Shown here piece after piece: positions 1 to 9,000 of a DNA stretch of 64,000 nt. Made by a program: the position numbers and the translations under genes. How positions within the stretch are numbered: the stretch's first letter is position 1; each line of letters begins with the position of its first letter. The DNA comes from Candidatus Omnitrophota bacterium. Its GTDB lineage: Bacteria; Omnitrophota; Gorgyraeia; 2-01-FULL-45-10. The stretch lies in the NCBI GenBank assembly GCA_028715345.1, contig JAQUSB010000007.1, forward strand, positions 2,287 through 66,286, read 5' to 3'. The notes beneath the pieces were generated by a model, which was not told the DNA's origin, made no database searches, and saw only the letters and a program-made list of their open reading frames with translations.

Positions 1-3000
1 ACGGAGCGCCTTCTTTCGTTAGGAGGTACCATACTGTCGTATTCACCAAGCGTCATACATATCGGGGGGATACCCTTCCTTGAAATATCGGTTTCTACCG
101 CAGGCAGACTGAGCACTTCATTTACTGGCCTCACTAGAGTTATAAGCACATCCATATTTTCCAGTTCTTTGCTTCCTGGTTTTATCCTGGCGTTTCTTCC
201 GGTTATAGGGATAAACTCAAATGTAAGGCCAGAGTACATACCTTCGAGCTCCGCTTTCTTTGAAGCTGATTCGGCCTCAAGGTTTGCCATCTTTGCCATA
301 TCTTCCTGAAAACAAAAGACTCTTATAGTATATTTCTCCACGCCCATATTAGACATTTCTTTGGCAATGCCGGGCACCAAAAGACCTATTTTTGTTATAT
401 CACCAAGCCCGGCTAGCGCTCTGGTTGCTATCCCTATCACGGGTGCATGATCAAGAGGAGGCACTTCCTTAAAATCAGTAACATCAACTATGCCAAAATT
501 TACACTCCATTTTCCCAGTCGTACTAGCACCGGCTTTATCCTCTCTGGAAAATCGGCTGACAAATTATATTCTGCTAAAATTCCAAGCACAACTGCCTCA
601 TATTGATTTAACGTAACTTCCTCGAACTTTGCCAGATCCCGCATATCGACAAAAAACCGTGTGCGTAGCATCTCTTTAAGTTCGTTCTCTAGGCCCCCCG
701 GGACTTTTCTTATACCAATTATCCTAATGAAATCCTGAACAAGCAGATCTAATACATTTTCGATATTTAAGTTTTTATTAACACCAAATGGCGGTCTGCC
801 AACCAACGGATCCATTTCTTTACTAATTATTTTTTGAAACTGTTCCTTCAGGTTCATGTCCAGGAGTATTTTATAAATCCTATTAATTTTATCGTCAAAA
901 TATATGCCCTCGTGGATAGCGTTGTAAATAGACCGCTCATCTATTTTTCTTGCTAGCCCAAGCTCTTTAGACTTATCTGTAATAAGCTTATTATGGATAA
1001 GTACGATCGCGTTCGTGATAGAGTGTGTTAAAATTATCGCGCAAATATATGCAATAGGATTTGCAGTAACTATCGGCATTATGAACGGGAGGATGATGCC
1101 GTTTATTGCAGTAACTATGGTGGGGGCTGCCAGCTTACGCGCATATGAAGGAGGCGCTCTCCCCTGCTCAAGGTGGTCGGTTATAAACTTATATCCGAAA
1201 GCCGCCTGTAAAGGCGTCGACAGGGCAAGTGCAAGATTCCAATCGAATTCACCAAATACAAAATATGTAATAACTCCTGTGATGAAAACAGGAATGAGAC
1301 GATACAACGATTCCTCTAATAACGGCGCGGCAAAAAGAGCTTTCATCCGCTTCTGCATCCGAGGAGTAATACGATCGAACCACGCGGTAACCGCCGAACC
1401 AGTTATTGGGGACGGTCCCTGTGGTGCCACCCCAGCAGCAGGCGTTGATGGCTGCTCCGGTTTCACCGCGGCGGGGGCAACAGTAGGCGACGACATTACT
1501 GGTCCAAGATCAGGGAGAATAAAAGATGGGTTATTAGTAACAAATACTGACGGGTCATCGCTAACCTCAAATAAATTTTGTACAGTCAGGACATCTTGTA
1601 TATTTTTATCAATAGCCCTTGAAATAGCGCCGGATCTCGCAGTAGCATTTTCATCAGAGGCAGCATAGATAAGAGGTAATTTTATACTAGCGCCTAATAA
1701 TTTTCTCAACTCATTTCGTAATTGTATCGCAAAATCATTACTGAAACATGATAGTAAGATTATATTCATATCCGAAAAGACCTTATTTGTTTTTGCGTTC
1801 TTTGCCAATGCCTCAGCCATCTCGATATAACTTATAGCGTTTGTGATATGCATTTCCTTTCTTTGCGCTTGGCTCGGCTCTCCCTGCGAAAGCCATAAGT
1901 GATTTTTCCCACCATGGCCATTAAATATAAAAGTGGTTACACCGACCGCATCCTCTAAATGTTTTAATATGTCATTTTTACTCTGCGGGCCAATGAGATC
2001 TTTGGTTATTATCTCATCTTTTACGCCAGTCCGCTTGGCCATCCCAAGCCAAATAGCTTCTTCGTCCGCAAACATATCCTCGGCATGCCTGGCTATTATC
2101 ATTTTTTCAGTTCTGCCCCCCAAGATCCCCCTGTTGCGATTTTCCTGAAATTGTTTCTCAACATATTCAACAGCGTTATTAATCTCGTCATCCGTTAAAA
2201 GCATATATGATTCTGTCATATGCCTTAAGACATTTTGCGCGATGATAAACGAAGCGGCTGGTTTGTTATTAGCGACCGAACTAACGCATCGCTGAAATCG
2301 GTTATTTTGCATAATCACGGAAATGCTTATAAAATCGATTGAGGGAACTTCATAATCGGCGGCTATGGTTGATCCCTCTGTGGCACGTGTTATCATGGCT
2401 TTTAGAAAAGTCTCTTTCAGAGAGGCATCTTTGACTCCAGTTAACAACCTACCAAAAATAGTCGCAAGTTTTTCTTTGATAGCTTCAGAATATGGTATTT
2501 TGGTATATGGATCCACGCCTCTGCCATATAATTGCTTAGGGACAAGTTCCATAAATTTTCTTATAACCCATGCTATAAGAACAATATTATTTGTTTGTAG
2601 CGCAGCACTTCCATATGCGGTAAACATGGTCTTGTAAACTCTTTTAAGATACGGCGTTACTTCACCATGTGGTGCTGCATAGGGCCCTCCAAAAAAATAG
2701 TGTTCCAGTATTTCTGAGTTTCTAAGATCTTTTACGAGTTCTCGAAACTCCTTAAGAGAAAGTGATTTTTCTCCAAGAAGAATAGCTTTCGCTTTTGCAT
2801 ATTCTTCCTGCGTTAGCGCAAAGACTTCGTTGACGGATATTGCGGAGCCTTGTATTATTGGGGACGATCCCTGTGGTGCCACCCCAGCAGCAGGCGTTGA
2901 TGGCTGCTCCGGTTTCACCGCGGCGGACGGCGGTGTAATAGCAGGTGGTGCTAACGAAGTATACCAAGCGAGAAGCGGCGATATTATCAAAGCCCCGAAG

Positions 3001-6000
3001 AAATAATACAATCCCATGCCCATATAGTTATGGTAGATACTTAATGTGACTATAGCAAATAACATAACGTATTTTAGGTTAGAGTAACTCTGCTTTAGTG
3101 TTAGTTCTTTTGTTAATCCGCCCTGGGGAACCCATACTAACATTTTTTTGTTTTGCCGTATTTCGTTCTTGATATCATCGATATATGATTTAATGACAAA
3201 AATGCTTACTTCTACGACATTTACAGGAGCCAACATTATGAACATAGTTAAACTTTTTATCGATTTATACGTATCTCCCACGCTCCCGTTCCCGATAAGA
3301 GCAGAACCATAAAGTTCAAACGAGATAAGTATTCCATAAAGTACTGTCAATAAACTAAGCGAGCCATAGAATATATAATGGCTAAAAACCATGTTGGTCA
3401 AAATCAAAGCTAAAAGCATCGGTGAGGAGAGATAATTTTTTGTCGCAATATATAGCAAATATTTATTAATAAGAGTTGCTTTATTTTTAACTAATTTTCC
3501 TGATTCGTCCGGCACTTCTCTCTTAAAAAAAACAAAACTTAATTTATTCCCCTTCCACCACCTCGCCCATTGTTTAATCTGCAAAAATATATTGGGCGGT
3601 ATTTCTTCAAGAGTCACAATATCTTCTGTTAAAGCCGTTTTTAAGAATATTCCTTCTACAATATCATGACTGAGATAACCGTCTTTCATTTTTCCGGCTA
3701 TTGCATTCAGAAAAGTATCGATATTCCACGCTGCGCCATGGCCTATGAAATTAACTTGTCTAAGCGCTCTCCAAACTCTTGCGCCCCTATCTCTATACTT
3801 TTTGAATATATGATAACTATATTTAGTCAGCACAGACTCTTCGGTATTATAAGGCTCAACCCTGCTCTGAAATATCCCATATTCTCGATTTGAAGGATGC
3901 TCGATCTTTGAGACCAAGCCTTTTATCGAATCTTTAGTCCAGATAGTATCCGAATCTGCCATAGCAAGATTATTTGCACCTTTTAATCCAGAGATATCCC
4001 CAAGTATTTCATCAAAAACCTTTCCCGCGGGGCATGCGGGAAACCTAGGGTCACTATCTAGCGTGCCGTCGGCCCTTAAAGAATTTTTAAGCCACAACAT
4101 GAAATGCATATATCCGCCCCGTTTCTTTTCCCAATTATTTATTGAGGAATCCCGGTGAATATAAAAAACCCTGTCTTGTCCGTATTTTTTCTGTAATTCC
4201 AAGACCCTATCTCTTTCCAACTCTCGAATGCCATCTGGAGAACTGCTAAAAACTACCCATTTAATATTAGGGTCATTGTTGTTTTCAATGGAAGGGATAA
4301 AGTCTTCATCGAAAAATTTTAACTCACTTTCACTCCTCAATAGGATTGGATAGTAAGATATTGTTTTATATTCCGGCGGAATCCCGCTCTTCAGATCTAC
4401 TCCCGGCAATATTAAAGGGTGGGTAAAGCTTAATGCTTTTGTAGCTATGCCTTCAACGATATTGTAATTAAGTATAGCCATGAAAAACACGTTCAATGCC
4501 GCTATAAAAATATTTGATTTTGACCAATCTATAAATGTAGCAAACGCGGCTGACATCAAAAGCGTCGCCACAATGGTTGAGTATATATATAGGTAGGGCG
4601 AATATTTTTTAAGGAATGGCTCGCTCGACGGAGCCGATATTGTTAATCCGCCGACTTGTATTATTGGGGACGGTCCCTGTGGTGCCACCCCAGCAGCAGG
4701 CGTTGATGGCTGCTCCGGCTTCGCAGCTGCAGCTATAAAAGCTGCAGCTACTGCGGTTGATAAAGGCCTGCTCCCATTGAGATCAAGTGTAGTGGCCGAG
4801 AGCTTAAGAATTTTATCAATTTCTTTCTGCTCCTCGGGAGACAAATTATTTTTACCAGGCGCTTCAGGCTCTTTAATACTATTACTGGAGATATTTATAA
4901 ATAAAGTTATCGGCTCAGCTGAAGGATTCAGCCTATCATAAAGTGTAATCGCCATAAGCTCTTTTTTATATCTAAACACATTAACATAGCTTATATCGTT
5001 AAATTCGGCGTCCTTAACATTAAGTATTTTGCAAACCTTCGATCTATTTTTTACCAGAATGTCAAAAGTTTTATACACATCGTTAGCATATTTGATAGAC
5101 GCTTCATTCTCGGGCTCTAATTTCGATACGGCTTTCCATGTTGCCCAGTACGCCCAAAACTCATCTTTAAGCTCAGAAATACCGGGTCGAACGAGCTTAT
5201 TATTCAAATGCGTCCATTCATGCGCCATGGTTTCCACAAGCCATATCATTGCACGGCGTTCCCCGTATTTTTCACGTAAATCCATAAACCTATCGTAATT
5301 TATGATAATTAGGTCGAGCTCGGAATCCGCCGACCCATCAAAAGAACGCAGCTCCATCTTCTCGGTATTAGTTATTAATAATACCGGGTAGCGTTCTATG
5401 CCTGCATCTAGTATTGAGAATCCTTCTAACCTGTCATACGCTTCTTCGATTAATGCTACATTACTATTTGATCTATCAATAGATGCTTCTATGTCTTTTT
5501 TATACATGCTTGCCACTAATTCACCCGGCTTCCTCAAGCTCATCCTAAGAACCTTAAGTATTCTCTTTACAGTCTCTTCATCTTTATGTATTATAAGGTC
5601 GCTTGAGATTGCTTCTGTTGCAGCGGGTGACTGCTTTTTTTGGGTTTTCCTACCTGTAATGTACGCTATTGTACCGCCCGCAATAACACTTCCTATTGCA
5701 ATTGCCGCGCTCTTAATAAACTGTCTTCTCTGATTGTGTATTATTGGGGACGGTCCCTGTGGTGCCACCCCAGCAGCAGGCGTTGATGACTGCTCCGGCT
5801 TCGCCGCGGCGGGTACAGCGGCAAGTGGTATTTTACCGGCTACTTTAGTCAATGTACTGATCTTGGCTAATATGCTTTCTGCTTTTTCGCGGCTTTTATC
5901 GGGTATTTCATAGTCAGTGGCTATCTTCCGGCATAATTCAACGGACAATTCATTGCCTATCGTATCGTTAGCGCACATTTCCATTATAAGATCCAATGCC

Positions 6001-9000
6001 TTGATAAAATTTTCCTCACTCAAACCATAGGCGGCATCTTTTTTAGTTTCCAAATACCTAAATTTAATTCTATTAATTGTTTCGACATAGTTAATATATT
6101 TATTCGGCAGGCATGCCAAGAGGCCTGCCCTATTGGCATCCTTCATCATACCATTCAGTATCTTAGATGAAATCGAGTCGGGAGGGAATAATGCGTCCAA
6201 TTTTTTATCATCGAGAATTACTTGCGCGCTTTTGGTCATCTCATAGTAATCCCCCGTATCGTATCCACTACTAGTTTTAATCAATCTCTCTTCGATAGGA
6301 ATATCAAAAACAACTTCGACGCGATCCGTGTCACCTCTACTTGCGACATAAGGCTCTCTGGAGCAATCTGACAGTGTAGATTTACCTACTCTTTGGTACA
6401 AGCCTTCGCGTAATATTTTTTCAAAGGCAGATAATGAAGTTGCATGAGCAACATGATTTAATATCTTTGGAGAAGGCGCTTCTCCTTGCCCCTTTGGCTT
6501 CGCCGCGGCGGACGGCGTCTCACCCATAAAATCGTTGGGGAAACTGCCTATAGGAAGTGCGAAGAGCTCCGCCTCCGAATTCGTTGCCGAAGGCCCTGAT
6601 TGTAAAAGTTTTCCTTCAAGAAAAGCACTAAAAGCATCTTCATCCATTTCCCTAAGTGTATTTATAGCAAATTGGAATTCGGGTAGCATCCGAAGACTGG
6701 GATCAAACTCAACGAAATTACCGTCTCCTGTAACCAGTAAGCGATAGATCGGTTCGGGGTGCGGCCAAATTCCTAAAGCATACGCTACAACCGAAAGCGT
6801 GTTTAATAATGCCGCAATATCACTAGCCCGTGCCTCGGCACTGCCTTTGCCGATACTATCGTAATCGAAAATAAAAAGCGGATTTAGATTTTGATGATTT
6901 ACTATTGTTCCATATTGATGGCTGGCGGAAAAACTTTCTTTCCAAAGTATGCGCAGTAAGGCCAGGTTACGCACAATCATCTCATTAAATAGTTTTCTGC
7001 GATCTGCGGGGTTTTCGCGTTTAAGGGTAGGATCAAGATATTCAAAAAAACTGTCCCAACGGCTATCTGCTGTGCGCCAGCTATGGTGGGACCGGATATC
7101 TCCCACTAGCGATAGTTCTTCTATTCTTTCCGATATCCCTACCTGATAAAAAAGGACCTCCTGTCCCTCAATAATCTCCCTGTCATCGGTTTTCGAGAAA
7201 CCTACGTGCTCGAGCGCAGTTTCTGCTTCAACCAATCTGGTGACATCAGTCACCGGGATACCCTTCTTTGCGCCTTCCCATATTTCCCCGGCGTGGCGAG
7301 GATCAAAAGTAGCGGATAAAAACAAAGGTTTGAATATCGCGCCGGGTTGAATAATCATGTCTTCTGCCTCGTGTTTCAAACCTCTGGCCTTTAATTTATC
7401 GAATATAGCGTCGTTTGTATCAAAATATTCATTAAATTTATTTTTTAGCCACCAGCTTGCGCCCAGATAAGTCATGTTTTCCAACGTTAGCACTCCTCCG
7501 CGCAAGCCATACGGTGGTTTACCCTTATAGAAAGGTATACGTACCCCGTCTACTGTTCTATATTCCATTCGGTCAGCTATACCTACGCCCTTAAAAACAT
7601 CCGAGCACGGCTTACCGTTTTTAGTGAACTTGGTATGCACGGCTCGATTGTGCATCAGGTTAGCGCTTGGGTTTGCGCGCATTGGTATAAGATAAATATT
7701 TGGATTCGCGCTATCTATATTAAAAAGCCTGAGCACTTCCCTGGCAGTTTCCGATAAAGACGATACAGGTAGAATAAATCTTTTTCCAACGGCCTCGTCT
7801 ATCAGATCCCTGCTATTAATGTTCTTCAAACTTGCCGGCACGAAACTGAGATCTTCGTCAGGAAACGCCTTTTTTAAGCCTCCGCTATCGTCATGAATCT
7901 CGTCCAGCGCGCGTAATATTTCCTTGACCTCTTTGCCTTCTCCAAGTTTATGCCAAACTTCGTATATATCAACTATGGCACGCTCACTGATATCAGGTCT
8001 TAAAGCACGTATAGCGCCTATAAATTCCGCTGTTGGGCCTTCGGCGGATGGTGCTGTTAAATATACGACGCCCCCGGTAATCTCTTTTATCACATCCGCC
8101 ACTTCTTCAGAGTGTGACTTTTTGCCCGTGATTTGTGAAATTCTATAGATAAATTGCCTTAAATCTTCAGGTCTGCCCGTTTGCTGGCTCAAGGCATACC
8201 CCATTCCGACTAATGCCACACCTAAACCGTATGTATATTCAGGTTCTACCGAATTATAACTGCCCCATCTTCCTTTCGCCCATTCTTCTATTCGTTCATA
8301 TTTAATTTCCAGCCCTACATCATTGTCTTTCATTACATTGTATCCATATTCGAAAGCTTCTTTTCTCCATTCCCCCATAGAGCCGGCCGCAATATCTACG
8401 TTGTGCTCTTTCTCTAAAACGCGCATCACTCCCATGGCGGAAGCAATCGGATAATCGATGTCATGCTTTATATGCCCCATTCTTTTCATTAAATGAGTAA
8501 ATTCATGGGCAACTGCCAATCTGAATCTCCTGTCACTTCCCAGAGTAGAAAGAAATATATTGGGTGTCCGCTCAAATAATAAAGAGAAATATTTTGCTAT
8601 TATCGGAAATCTACTCCCGTATCCTAAATATGAACTACCGCCCATCCTTGTTGTTTCCATGGAATCAAATAGACCATAGAGCGTGGCTGCTCCGATTAAT
8701 GGTATATAGAAAGAAAATATAATATTTTCAACAACACCGGTTGCTGATGGGTTTATGTACAATGTAATAGCCAAATACGCAATAGTAAGAAAAGGTGCTA
8801 TGAATATGGAAATCATGGCATCTTCCCGCAAAACGTGTTTTATATGATAAAACAAGTTTAACGGTTTCACTTTTTTTACAAGTTCCAGCGCGATTGCCTG
8901 TTTTTGTTCCGCTTCTTCATCGGGTAAGAAAATATTCACTACCTCAACGGCTTCTTCCGATACAATTTTTTCCTGTTCATTCGTAATCTTACCGCTTACC

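Noticed and set aside
5029-5733. Plus-strand ORFs 5029..5298 and 5398..5733 as possible small genes between modules
   Set aside because: They are antisense to the verified coding frame that contains the HEWTH motif region and a linker repeat.
1402-5812. Could the 62-73-bp repeats be a CRISPR array?
   Set aside because: They are spaced 1.1-1.8 kb apart and lie in frame inside a coding sequence, where they encode a Pro-rich peptide. There is no regular short-spacer architecture and no cas genes.
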